Shown here: piece by piece, positions 36,001 through 51,500 of the stretch | Numbering within the stretch: position 1 is the stretch's first letter | How the letters are laid out: the number at the start of each line of letters is the position of its first letter | Source: Centroscyllium fabricii | Lineage: Eukaryota | Direction: 5' to 3' | NCBI GenBank assembly: GCA_051313645.2 | Contig: JBNRSN020000029.1 | Location: forward strand, 11,160,001-11,224,000 | DNA: 64,000 nucleotides | Notes under the pieces: generated by a model | What the model was told of the DNA's origin: nothing | The model's input: only the letters and a program-made list of their open reading frames with translations | Database searches by the model: none | Made by a program: the position numbers and the translations under genes

Positions 36001-39000
36001 TGAACCCAGGACCTACACTGAACACAGACCCAACACTGAACACAGCCCCCACACTGAACACGGCCCCTACACAGAACACGGCCCCTACACTGAACACAGC
36101 CCCCACACTGAACACAGGCCCTACACTGAACACAGACCCTACACTGAACACAGGCCCTACACTGAACACAGACCTTACACTGAACACAGCCCCCACACTG
36201 AACATGGCCCCTACACAGAACACGGCCCCTACACTGAACACAGCCCCCACACTGAACACAGGCCCCACACTGAACACAGCCCACACACTGAACACGGCCC
36301 CTACACAGAACACGGCCCCTACACTGAACACAGCCCCCACACAGAACACAGCCCCCACACTGAACACAGGCCCTACACTGAACACAGACCATACACTGAA
36401 CACAGACCCCACACTGAACACAGCCGCTACACTGAACACAGCCCCTACACTGATCACAGCCCCTATACTGAACACAGCCCCTACACTGAACACAGACGTA
36501 CACTGAACACAGACCTTACACTGAACACAGCCCCTACACTGAACACAGACCCTACACTGAACACAGCCCCTGCACTTAACACAGACCATACACTGAACAC
36601 AGCCCCTACACTGGACACAGCCCCGACACTGAACACGGCCCCTACACTGAACACGGCCCCTACACTGAACACGGCCTCTGTACTGAACACAGTCCCTACA
36701 CTGAACACAGCCCCTACACTGAACACAGACCCTACACTGAACACAATCCCTGTACTGAACACAGTCCCTACACAGAACACAGCACCTACACTGAACACAG
36801 CCCCTACACTGAACACGGCCCCGACACTGAACAGGGCCCCTACACTGAACATAGCCCCTACACTGAACACGGACCCTATACTAAACACGGCACCGACACT
36901 GAACACGGCCCCAACACTTAACTCGGCCCCTACACTGAACACGGCCCTACACTGAACACAGACATTACACTGAACACAGTCCCCACACTGAACACAGCTG
37001 CTACACTGAACAGAGCCGCTACACTGAACACAGTCCCTACACTGAACACAGCCCCGACACTGAACACAGACCCTACACTGAACACAATCCCTGTACTGAA
37101 CACAGTCCCTACACTGAACACAGCACCTACACTGAACACAGCCCCTACAGTGAACACGGCCCCGACACTGAACACGGCCCCTACACTGAACACAGCCCCT
37201 ACACTTAACACGGACCCTATACTAAACACGGCACCGACACTGAACACGGCCCCAACACTGAACTCGGCCCCTACACTGAACACGGCCCTACACTGAACAC
37301 AGACCTTACACTGAACACAGCCCCCACACTGAACACAGCCACTACACTGAACACAGCCCCTACACTGAACACAGCCACTACACTGAACACAGCCACTACA
37401 CTGAACACAGCCCCTACACTGAACACAGCCCCTACACTGAACACAGCCCCTACACTGAACACAGCCCCTACACTGAACACAGCCCCTACGCTGAACACAG
37501 GCGCTACACTTAACACAGCCCTTACACTGAACACAGCCGCTACACTGAACACAGCCCCTACACTGAACACAGCCGCTACACTGAACACAGCCCCTACACT
37601 GAATACAGCCCCTACACTGAATACAGCCCCTACACTGAACACAGCCCCCACACTGAACACAGGCCCTACACTGAACACAGACCTTACACTGAACACTGCC
37701 CCCACACTGAACACAGACCCTACACTGAACACAGACACTACACTGAACACATTCCCTACATTAAACACAGCCCTTACACTGAACACAGCCACTACACTGA
37801 ACACAGCCACTACATTGAACACAGCCCCTACACTGAACACGGACCCTACACTGAACACAGACCCTACACTGAAACAAGCCCCTACACTGAACACAGCCCC
37901 TGCACTTAACACAGACCCTACACTGAACAGAGACCCTACACTGGACACAGCCCCGACACTGAACACAGCCCCTACATTGAACACAGCCCCTACACTGAAC
38001 ATGGCCAATAGACTGAACACGGCACCTACACTGAACATAATCCCTACACTGAACACAGACGCTACACTGAACACAGACCATACACTGAACACAGACCCTA
38101 CACTGAACACTGACCCTACACTGAACACGGCCCCGACAATGAGCACGGCCCCCACACTGAACACGGCCCCTACACTGAACACAGCCGCTACACTGAACAC
38201 AGCCCCTACGCTGAACACAGCCCCTACGCTGAACACAGCCCCTACGCTGAACACAGCCCCTACGCTGAACACAGCCCCTACATTGAACACAGCCCCTACA
38301 CTGAACACAGCCCCCATACTGAACACGGCCCCTACACTGAACACAGCCACAACACTGAACACGGACCCTACACTGAACACGGCCCCTACACTGAACATGG
38401 CCCCTACACTGAACACAGCCCCTAGACTGAACACGGCCCCTTCACTGAACACGGCCCCCACACTGAACACGGCCCCCACACTGAAAACAGCCCCTACACT
38501 GAACACTGGCCCTACACTGAACACAGACCCTACACTGAACACAGACCCTACACTGAACACAGCACCTACACTGAACACAGCACCTACACTGAACACGGCC
38601 CCTACACAGAACACGGCCCCTACACTGAACACAGCCCCCACACTGAACACAGCCCCCACACTGAACACAGCCCCCACACTGAACACAGCCCCTACACTGA
38701 ACACAACCCCTACAGTGAACACAGGCCCTACACTGAACACTGGCCCTACACTGAACACAGACCCTACTCTGACCACAGACCCTACACTGAATACAGACCC
38801 TACACTGAACTAGCCCCTACACTGAACACAGCCCCCACACTGAACATGGCTCCTACACTGAACATGGCCCCTAAACTGAACCCAGGACCTACACTGAACA
38901 CAGACCCAACACTGAACACAGCCCCCACACTGAACACGGTCCCTACACAGAACACGGCCCCTACACTGAACACAGCCCCTACACTGAACACAGCCCCTAC

Positions 39001-42000
39001 ACTGAACACAGCCCCTACACTGAACACAGACCCTACACTGAACACAGCACCTACACTGAACACAGCCCCTACACTGAACACAGCCCCTACGCTGAACACA
39101 GCAACTACACTGAACACAGCACCTACACTGAACACAGCACATACACTGAACACAGCCCCTACACTGAACTTGGCCCCTACACTGAACACGGCCCCAACAC
39201 TGAACACAGCCCCTGAACTGAACACAGTCCCTACACTGAACACAGCACCTATGCTGAACACAGCCCCTACACTGAACACGGCCCCGACACTGAACACGGC
39301 CCCTACACTGAACATAGCCCCTACACTGAACACGGACCCTATACTAAACATGGCACCTACACTGAACACGGCCCCAACACTGAACTCGGCCCCTACACTG
39401 AACACGGCCCTGACACTGAACACGGCCCCTACACTGAACAAAGCCCCTACACGGAACACAGGCCCCTACACTGAACACGGACCCTACACTGAACACAGAC
39501 CCTACACTGAAATAAGCCCCTACACTGAACACAGCCCCCACACTGAACACAGCCCCTACACTGAACACAGACCCTACACTGAACAAAAAACCTACACTGA
39601 ACACAATACCTACACTGAACACAGCCCCGACACTGAACACAGCCCCTACACTGAACACAGACCCTACACTGAACACAGCCCCTACACTGAACACGGCCTC
39701 GACACTGAACACAGACCCTACACTGAACACAGACACTACACTGAACACAGACACTACACTGAACACTGACCCTACACTGAACACGGCCCCTACAATGAAC
39801 AGAGCCGCCACACTGAACACGGCCCCCAAAATTAACACAGCCGCTACACTGAACACAGCCCCTACACTGAACACAGCCATTACGCTGAACACAGCCCCCA
39901 CACTGAACACAGCCCCTACACTGAACACAGCCCCCACACTGAACATGGCTCCTACACTGAACATGGCTCCTACACTGAACATGGCCCCTACACTGAACCC
40001 AGGACCTACACTGAACACAGACCCAACACTGAACACAGCCCCTACACAGAACACGGCCCCTACACTGAACACAGCCCCCACACTGAACACAGGCCCTACA
40101 CTGAACACAAACCTTACACTGAACACAGCCCCCACACTGAACACAGCCGCTAAACTGAACACAGCCCCTACACTGAACACAGTCCCTACACTGAACACAG
40201 CCGCTACACTCAACACAGACCCTACACTGAATACAGCCCCTACATTGAACACAGCCCCCACACTGAACACAGGCCCTACACTGAACACAGACCTTACACT
40301 GAACACAGCCCCTACACTGAACACAAACCCTACACTGAACACAGCCCCTGCACTTAACACAGACCCTACACTGAACACAGCCCCTACACTGGACACAGCC
40401 CCGACACTGAACACGGCCCCTACACTGAACACGGCCCCTGTACTGAACACAGTCCCGACACTGAACACAGCCCCTACACTGAACACAGACCCTACACTGA
40501 ACACAATCTCTGTACTGAACACAGTCCCTACACTGAACACAGCACCTACACTGAACACAGCCCCTACACTGAACACGGCCCCGACACTGAACACGGCCCC
40601 TACACTGAACACAGCCCCTACACTGAACACGGACCCTACACTGAACAAAGCCCCTACACGGAACACAGGCCCCTACACTGAACACAGTCCCTACACTGAA
40701 CACAGCCCCTACACTGAACACAGCCCCCACACTGAACACAGCCCCTACACTGAACACAGACCCTACACTGATCAAAAAACCTACACTGAACACAAAACCT
40801 ACACTGAACACAGCCCCGACACTGAACACAGCCCCTACACTGAACACAGACCCTACACTGAACACAGCCCATACACTGAACACAGCCCCGAAACTGAACA
40901 CAGACCCTACACTGAACACAGACCCTACACTGAACACAGACCCTACACTGAACACTGACCCTACACTGAACACTGACCCTACACTGAACACGGCCCCTAC
41001 AATGAACACAGCCGCCACACTGAACACGGCCCCCAAAATTAACACAGCCGCTATACTGAACAAAGCCCCTACACTGAACACCGCCCCTATGCTGAACACA
41101 GCCCCCACACTGAACACAGCCCCTACACTGAACACAGCCCCCACACTGAACATGGCTCCTACACTGAACATGGCCCCTAAACTGAACCCAGGACCTACAC
41201 TGAACACAGACCCAACACTGAACACAGCCCCCACACTGAACACGGCCCCTACACAGAACACGGCCCCTACACTGAACACAGCCCCCACACTGAACACAGG
41301 CCCTACACTGAACACAGACCCTACACTGAACACAGGCCCTACACTGAACACAGACCTTACACTGAACACAGCCCCCACACTGAACATGGCCCCTACACAG
41401 AACACGGCCCCTACACTGAACACAGCCCCCACACTGAACACAGGCCCCACACTGAAAACAGCCCACACACTGAACACGGCCCCTACACAGAACACGGCCC
41501 CTACACTGAACACAGCCCCCACACAGAACACAGCCCCCACACTGAACACAGGCCCTACACTGAACACAGACCATACACTGAACACAGACCCCACACTGAA
41601 CACAGCCGCTACACTGAACACAGCCCCTACACTGATCACAGCCCCTATACTGAACACAGCCCCTACACTGAACACAGACGTACACTGAACACAGACCTTA
41701 CACTGAACACAGCCCCTACACTGAACACAGACCCTACACTGAACACAGCCCCTGCACTTAACACAGACCATACACTGAACACAGCCCCTACACTGGACAC
41801 AGCCCCGACACTGAACACGGCCCCTACACTGAACACGGCCCCTACACTGAACACGGCCTCTGTACTGAACACAGTCCCTACACTGAACACAGCCCCTACA
41901 CTGAACACAGACCCTACACTGAACACAATCCCTGTACTGAACACAGTCCCTACACAGAACACAGCACCTACACTGAACACAGCCCCTACACTGAACACGG

Positions 42001-44081
42001 CCCCGACACTGAACAGGGCCCCTACACTGAACATAGCCCCTACACTGAACACGGACCCTATACTAAACACGGCACCGACACTGAACACGGCCCCAACACT
42101 TAACTCGGCCCCTACACTGAACACGGCCCTACACTGAACACAGACATTACACTGAACACAGTCCCCACACTGAACACAGCTGCTACACTGAACACAGCCG
42201 CTACACTGAACACAGTCCCTACACTGAACACAGCCCCGACACTGAACACAGACCCTACACTGAACACAATCCCTGTACTGAACACAGTCCCTACACTGAA
42301 CACAGCACCTACACTGAACACAGCCCCTACAGTGAACACGGCCCCGACACTGAACACGGCCCCTACACTGAACACAGCCCCTACACTTAACACGGACCCT
42401 ATACTAAACACGGCACCGACACTGAACACGGCCCCAACACTGAACTCGGCCCCTACACTGAACACGGCCCTACACTGAACACAGACCTTACACTGAACAC
42501 AGCCCCCACACTGAACACAGCCACTACACTGAACACAGCCCCTACACTGAACACAGCCACTACACTGAACACAGCCCCTACACTGAACACAGCCCCTACA
42601 CTGAACACAGCCCCTACACTGAACACAGCCCCTACACTGAACACAGCCCCTACGCTGAACACAGGCGCTACACTGAACACAGCCCTTACACTGAACACAG
42701 CCGCTACACTGAACACAGCCCCTACACTGAACACAGCCGCTACACTGAACACAGCCCCTACACTGAATACAGCCCCTACACTGAACACAGCCCCCACACT
42801 GAACACAGGCCCTACACTGAACACAGACCTTACACTGAACACTGCCCCCACACTGAACACAGACCCTACACTGAACACAGACACTACACTGAACACATTC
42901 CCTACATTAAACACAGCCCTTACACTGAACACAGCCACTACACTGAACACAGCCACTACATTGAACACAGCCCCTACACTGAACACGGACCCTACACTGA
43001 ACACAGACCCTACACTGAAACAAGCCCCTACACTGAACACAGCCCCTGCACTTAACACAGACCCTACACTGAACAGAGACCCTACACTGGACACAGCCCC
43101 GACACTGAACACAGCCCCTACATTGAACACAGCCCCTACACTGAACATGGCCAATAGACTGAACACGGCACCTACACTGAACATAATCCCTACACTGAAC
43201 ACAGACGCTACACTGAACACAGACCATACACTGAACACAGACCCTACACTGAACACTGACCCTACACTGAACACGGCCCCGACAATGAACACGGCCCCCA
43301 CACTGAACACGGCCCCTACACTGAACACAGCCGCTACGCTGAACACAGCCCCTACGCTGAACACAGCCCCTACGCTGAACACAGCCCCTACGCTGAACAC
43401 AGCCCCTACGCTGAACACAGCCCCTACATTGAACACAGCCCCTACACTGAACACAGCCCCCATACTGAACACGGCCCCTACACTGAACACAGCCACAACA
43501 CTGAACACGGACCCTACACTGAACACGGCCCCTACACTGAACATGGCCCCTACACTGAACACAGCCCCTAGACTGAACACGGCCCCTTCACTGAACACGG
43601 CCCCCACACTGAACACGGCCCCCACACTGAAAACAGCCCCTACACTGAACACTGGCCCTACACTGAACACAGACCCTACACTGAACACAGACCCTACACT
43701 GAACACAGCACCTACACTGAACACAGCACCTACACTGAACACGGCCCCTACACAGAACACGGCCCCTACACTGAACACAGCCCCCACACTGAACACAGCC
43801 CCCACACTGAACACAGCCCCCACACTGAACACAGCCCCTACACTGAACACAACCCCTACAGTGAACACAGGCCCTACACTGAACACTGGCCCTACACTGA
43901 ACACAGACCCTACTCTGACCACAGACCCTACACTGAATACAGACCCTACACTGAACTAGCCCCACACTGAACACAGCCCCCACACTGAACATGGCTCCTA
44001 CACTGAACATGGCCCCTAAACTGAACCCAGGACCTACACTGAACACAGACCCAACACTGAACACAGCCCCCACACTGAACA
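18027..44081. repeat. 18-bp tandem repeat array, left part (about 1450 monomers)
   Basis: Consensus TACACTGAACAC(A/G)G(C/A)CCC with recurrent variant monomers and occasional 16-, 17- and 19-bp units. Confidence 0.99.
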
Positions 44082-44281
44082 NNNNNNNNNNNNNNNNNNN
44101 NNNNNNNNNNNNNNNNNNNNNNNNNNNNNNNNNNNNNNNNNNNNNNNNNNNNNNNNNNNNNNNNNNNNNNNNNNNNNNNNNNNNNNNNNNNNNNNNNNNN
44201 NNNNNNNNNNNNNNNNNNNNNNNNNNNNNNNNNNNNNNNNNNNNNNNNNNNNNNNNNNNNNNNNNNNNNNNNNNNNNNNNN
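44082..44281. other. Assembly gap (200 N)
   Basis: Run of N of round-number length. Confidence 0.99.
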
Positions 44282-44686
44282 CCGCAAGTTGGCTCCCCGG
44301 TTCATCAGACCTTTTCAGATTTTGGAGACAGTAAACCCTGTGGCCTACCGGCTCCTCCTTCCTCGGTCGATGAAGATATATCCCACGTTCCATGTCTCTC
44401 ACCACAAGCCGGTGCTTACCAGTCCCTTAGTTCCTGCTTCCAAACCTCCCCCTCCGCCCTGCATGATTGACGGTCAGCAAGTCTACACTGTCTGTCGCCT
44501 CCTGGATAGTCGTTGGGTTAGGAGGTGCATTCAATACCTGGTCGACTGGGAGGGTTATGGTCCTGAAGAGCATTCCTGGGTCCCGGCCCGGGACATTTTG
44601 GATCCTGAACTCATCAGGGATTTTCGCCGTCGCCACCCTGATCGTCCAGGAGGAACGTCAGGAGTCGTTCCTAGGGGAGGGGGTCC
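44282..44686 (+). mobile_element. Chromovirus (sushi-like Ty3/Gypsy) integrase C-terminus with chromodomain and PPT
   Basis: [10 protein letters not shown] (GPY/F module), PTFHVS and chromodomain [10 protein letters not shown]…[32 protein letters not shown] precedes the LTR. Confidence 0.92.
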
Positions 44687-45014
44687 TGTGAGGGTGCCGG
44701 TTAGTTCCCCCAGTAACCCCTAGATGGAACCTTCACTAGTTTATTTCCTTTTGCTAATCATTACTTGTTTCCCCTGTTTATTATTTAACTGCCTTTTCAT
44801 CTGGGTTATTGGGTTCACCTGTTTGAGCTAGTATTTAAGTTCTGGTGATTCCTCCCTCAGTGCTCAGTCTTGACAAGCACATTGCCTTGTCGTAGCTTGT
44901 CTGAGCTCCTCTGTTTGTAAACTGTATTACTTTATTAAAGTGTTTTTGTTTATGACTACTCGCTTCTTGCCTCGTCTGTCTGCACTTGGGTCAAGAACCA
45001 GCCTCGCCCTGACA
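44687..45014 (+). mobile_element. 3' LTR of the chromovirus
   Basis: TGTGAGGG…CCCTGACA inverted termini after the PPT, TATTTAA box and ATTAAA near 44934. Confidence 0.85.
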
Positions 45015-45537
45015 GATTGGGCTAACCAAATTAGTAACAATACTGTGAAGGAGGAATTCCTGGAGTGTATACGGGATGGTTTCCTGGACCAATATGTCAA
45101 GGAACCAACTAGGGATCAAGCCATGTTAGACTGGGTACTATGTAATGAGAAAAGATTAATTAGCAATCTTGTTGTGCGAGGCCCCTTGGGTCGGAGCGAT
45201 CATAATATGATTGAGTTCTTCATTAAGTTGGAGAGTGAAGTAGTTGACTCAGAGACTAAGGTCCTGAATTTGAATAAAGGAAACTACGATGGAATGAGGC
45301 GCAAGTTGGGTAGAATTGATTGGGGAATGTTACTCAAAGGGTTGACGGTGGATAGGCAATGGCAAACATTCAAAGATCGCATGGATGAACAACAGAATTT
45401 GTTCATCCCAGTTTGGCATAAAAATAAAACAAAAAAGGTGACTCAACCATGGCTAACGAGGCAAATTAGGGATAGCATAAGATCCAAGGAAAGGACATAT
45501 AAATTGGACAGAAAAAGCAGTAAGCCTGAGGATTGGG
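45015..45537 (+). mobile_element. CR1 LINE endonuclease C-terminal fragment
   Basis: FLECIRDGFLDQYVKEPTR…LDWVLCNE…LGRSDHNMIEF…PWLT. Joins the satellite abruptly. Confidence 0.9.
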
Positions 45538-48500
45538 GGTGGCTCCTACACTGAACATGGCTCCTACACTGAACATGGCCCCTACACTGAACCCAGGACC
45601 TACACTGAACACAGACCCAACACTGAACACAGCCCCTACACAGAACACGGCCCCTACACTGAACACAGCCCCCACACTGAACACAGGCCCTACACTGAAC
45701 ACAAACCTTACACTGAACACAGCCCCCACACTGAACACAGCCGCTAAACTGAACACAGCCCCTACACTGAACACAGTCCCTACACTGAACACAGCCGCTA
45801 CACTCAACACAGACCCTACACTGAATACAGCCCCTACATTGAACACAGCCCCCACACTGAACACAGGCCCTACACTGAACACAGACCTTACACTGAACAC
45901 AGCCCCTACACTGAACACAAACCCTACACTGAACACAGCCCCTGCACTTAACACAGACCCTACACTGAACACAGCCCCTACACTGGACACAGCCCCGACA
46001 CTGAACACGGCCCCTACACTGAACACGGCCCCTGTACTGAACACAGTCCCGACACTGAACACAGCCCCTACACTGAACACAGACCCTACACTGAACACAA
46101 TCTCTGTACTGAACACAGTCCCTACACTGAACACAGCACCTACACTGAACACAGCCCCTACACTGAACACGGCCCCGACACTGAACACGGCCCCTACACT
46201 GAACACAGCCCCTACACTGAACACGGACCCTACACTGAACAAAGCCCCTACACGGAACACAGGCCCCTACACTGAACACAGTCCCTACACTGAACACAGC
46301 CCCTACACTGAACACAGCCCCCACACTGAACACAGCCCCTACACTGAACACAGACCCTACACTGATCAAAAAACCTACACTGAACACAAAACCTACACTG
46401 AACACAGCCCCGACACTGAACACAGCCCCTACACTGAACACAGACCCTACACTGAACACAGCCCATACACTGAACACAGCCCCGAAACTGAACACAGACC
46501 CTACACTGAACACAGACCCTACACTGAACACAGACCCTACACTGAACACTGACCCTACACTGAACACTGACCCTACACTGAACACGGCCCCTACAATGAA
46601 CACAGCCGCCACACTGAACACGGCCCCCAAAATTAACACAGCCGCTATACTGAACAAAGCCCTACACTGAACACCGCCCCTATGCTGAACACAGCCCCCA
46701 CACTGAACACAGCCCCTACACTGAACACAGCCCCCACACTGAACATGGCTCCTACACTGAACATGGCCCCTAAACTGAACCCAGGACCTACACTGAACAC
46801 AGACCCAACACTGAACACAGCCCCCACACTGAACACGGCCCCTACACAGAACACGGCCCCTACACTGAACACAGCCCCCACACTGAACACAGGCCCTACA
46901 CTGAACACAGACCCTACACTGAACACAGGCCCTACACTGAACACAGACCTTACACTGAACACAGCCCCCACACTGAACATGGCCCCTACACAGAACACGG
47001 CCCCTACACTGAACACAGCCCCCACACTGAACACAGGCCCCACACTGAAAACAGCCCACACACTGAACACGGCCCCTACACAGAACACGGCCCCTACACT
47101 GAACACAGCCCCCACACAGAACACAGCCCCCACACTGAACACAGGCCCTACACTGAACACAGACCATACACTGAACACAGACCCCACACTGAACACAGCC
47201 GCTACACTGAACACAGCCCCTACACTGATCACAGCCCCTATACTGAACACAGCCCCTACACTGAACACAGACGTACACTGAACACAGACCTTACACTGAA
47301 CACAGCCCCTACACTGAACACAGACCCTACACTGAACACAGCCCCTGCACTTAACACAGACCATACACTGAACACAGCCCCTACACTGGACACAGCCCCG
47401 ACACTGAACACGGCCCCTACACTGAACACGGCCCCTACACTGAACACGGCCTCTGTACTGAACACAGTCCCTACACTGAACACAGCCCCTACACTGAACA
47501 CAGACCCTACACTGAACACAATCCCTGTACTGAACACAGTCCCTACACAGAACACAGCACCTACACTGAACACAGCCCCTACACTGAACACGGCCCCGAC
47601 ACTGAACAGGGCCCCTACACTGAACATAGCCCCTACACTGAACACGGACCCTATACTAAACACGGCACCGACACTGAACACGGCCCCAACACTTAACTCG
47701 GCCCCTACACTGAACACGGCCCTACACTGAACACAGACATTACACTGAACACAGTCCCCACACTGAACACAGCTGCTACACTGAACACAGCCGCTACACT
47801 GAACACAGTCCCTACACTGAACACAGCCCCGACACTGAACACAGACCCTACACTGAACACAATCCCTGTACTGAACACAGTCCCTACACTGAACACAGCA
47901 CCTACACTGAACACAGCCCCTACAGTGAACACGGCCCCGACACTGAACACGGCCCCTACACTGAACACAGCCCCTACACTTAACACGGACCCTATACTAA
48001 ACACGGCACCGACACTGAACACGGCCCCAACACTGAACTCGGCCCCTACACTGAACACGGCCCTACACTGAACACAGACCTTACACTGAACACAGCCCCC
48101 ACACTGAACACAGCCACTACACTGAACACAGCCCCTACACTGAACACAGCCACTACACTGAACACAGCCCCTACACTGAACACAGCCCCTACACTGAACA
48201 CAGCCCCTACACTGAACACAGCCCCTACACTGAACACAGCCCCTACGCTGAACACAGGCGCTACACTGAACACAGCCCTTACACTGAACACAGCCGCTAC
48301 ACTGAACACAGCCCCTACACTGAACACAGCCGCTACACTGAACACAGCCCCTACACTGAATACAGCCCCTACACTGAACACAGCCCCCACACTGAACACA
48401 GGCCCTACACTGAACACAGACCTTACACTGAACACTGCCCCCACACTGAACACAGACCCTACACTGAACACAGACACTACACTGAACACATTCCCTACAT

Positions 48501-51500
48501 TAAACACAGCCCTTACACTGAACACAGCCACTACACTGAACACAGCCACTACATTGAACACAGCCCCTACACTGAACACGGACCCTACACTGAACACAGA
48601 CCCTACACTGAAACAAGCCCCTACACTGAACACAGCCCCTGCACTTAACACAGACCCTACACTGAACAGAGACCCTACACTGGACACAGCCCCGACACTG
48701 AACACAGCCCCTACATTGAACACAGCCCCTACACTGAACATGGCCAATAGACTGAACACGGCACCTACACTGAACATAATCCCTACACTGAACACAGACG
48801 CTACACTGAACACAGACCATACACTGAACACAGACCCTACACTGAACACTGACCCTACACTGAACACGGCCCCGACAATGAACACGGCCCCCACACTGAA
48901 CACGGCCCCTACACTGAACACAGCCGCTACGCTGAACACAGCCCCTACGCTGAACACAGCCCCTACGCTGAACACAGCCCCTACGCTGAACACAGCCCCT
49001 ACGCTGAACACAGCCCCTACATTGAACACAGCCCCTACACTGAACACAGCCCCCATACTGAACACGGCCCCTACACTGAACACAGCCACAACACTGAACA
49101 CGGACCCTACACTGAACACGGCCCCTACACTGAACATGGCCCCTACACTGAACACAGCCCCTAGACTGAACACGGCCCCTTCACTGAACACGGCCCCCAC
49201 ACTGAACACGGCCCCCACACTGAAAACAGCCCCTACACTGAACACTGGCCCTACACTGAACACAGACCCTACACTGAACACAGACCCTACACTGAACACA
49301 GCACCTACACTGAACACAGCACCTACACTGAACACGGCCCCTACACAGAACACGGCCCCTACACTGAACACAGCCCCCACACTGAACACAGCCCCCACAC
49401 TGAACACAGCCCCCACACTGAACACAGCCCCTACACTGAACACAACCCCTACAGTGAACACAGGCCCTACACTGAACACTGGCCCTACACTGAACACAGA
49501 CCCTACTCTGACCACAGACCCTACACTGAATACAGACCCTACACTGAACTAGCCCCTACACTGAACACAGCCCCCACACTGAACATGGCTCCTACACTGA
49601 ACATGGCCCCTAAACTGAACCCAGGACCTACACTGAACACAGACCCAACACTGAACACAGCCCCCACACTGAACACGGTCCCTACACAGAACACGGCCCC
49701 TACACTGAACACAGCCCCCACACTGAACACAGGCCCTACACTGAACACAGACCCTACACTGAACACAGGCCCTACACTGAACACAGACCTTACACTGAAC
49801 ACAGCCCCCACACTGAACATGGCCCCTACACAGAACACGGCCCCTACACTGAACACAGCCCCCACACTGAACACAGGCCCTACACTGAACACAGCCCACA
49901 CACTGAACACGGCCCCTACACAGAACACGGCCCCTACACTGAACACAGCCCCACACAGAACACAGCCCCCACACTGAACACAGGCCCTACACTGAACACA
50001 GACCATACACTGAACACAGACCCCACACTGAACACAGCCGCTACACTGAACACAGCCCCTACACTGATCACAGCCCCTATACTGAACACAGCCCCTACAC
50101 TGAACACAGACGTACACTGAACACAGACCTTACACTGAACACAGACCCTACACTGAACACAGCCCCTGCACTTAACACAGACCATACACTGAACACAGCC
50201 CCTACACTGGACACAGCCCCGACACTGAACACGGCCCCTACACTGAACACGGCCCCTACACTGAACACGGCCTCTGTACTGAACACAGTCCCTACACTGA
50301 ACACAGCCCCTACACTGAAAACAGCCCCTACACTGAACACAGACCCTACACTGAACACAATCCCTGTACTGAACACAGTCCCTACACTGAACACAGCACC
50401 TACACTGAACACAGCCCCTACACTGAACACGGCCCCGACACTGAACAGGGCCCCTACACTGAACATAGCCCCTACACTGAACACGGACCCTATACTAAAC
50501 ACGGCACCGACACTGAACACGGCCCCAACACTTAACTCGGCCCCTACACTGAACACGGCCCTACACTGAACACAGACATTACACTGAACACAGACATTAC
50601 ACTGAACACAGCTGCTACACTGAACACAGCCCCTACACTGAACACAGCCGCTACACTGAACACAGCCCCTACACTGAACACAGCCCCTACACTGAACACA
50701 GCCCCTACACTGAACACAGCCCCTACACTGAACACAGGCGCTCTACTGAACACAGCCCCTACACTGAACACAGCCGCTACACTGAACACAGCCCCTACAC
50801 TGAACACAGCCCCTACAGTGAACACAGGCCCTACACTGAACACTGGCCGTACACTGAACACAGACCCTACACTGAACACAGACCCTACACTGAATACAGA
50901 CCCTACACTGAACACAGCACCTACACTGAACACAGAACCTACACTGAACACGGCCCCTACACTGAACACAGACCCTACACTGAACACAGCCCCTGCACTT
51001 AACACAGACCATACACTGAACACAGCCCCTACACTGGACACAGCCCGACACTGAACACGGCCCCTACACTGAACACGGCCCCTACACTGAACACGGCCTC
51101 TGTACTGAACACAGTCCCTACACTGAACACAGCCCCGACACTGAACACAGACCCTACACTGAACACAATCCCTGTACTGAACACAGTCCCTACACTGAAC
51201 ACAGCACCTACACTGAACACAGCCCCTACAGTGAACACGGCCCCGACACTGAACACGGCCCCTACACTGAACATAGCCCCTACACTGAACACGGACCCTA
51301 TACTAAACACGGCACCGACACTGAATACGGCCCCAACACTGAACTCGGCCCCTACACTGAACACGGCCCTACACTGAACACAGACCTTACACTGAACACA
51401 GCCCCCACACTGAACACAGCCGCTACACTGAACACAGCCCCTACACTGAACACAGCCGCTACACTGAACACAGCCCCTACACTGAACACAGCCCTACACT

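Noticed and set aside
44940-45554. 204-aa ORF as a host gene
   Set aside because: A chance fusion of LTR sequence with a CR1 endonuclease fragment.
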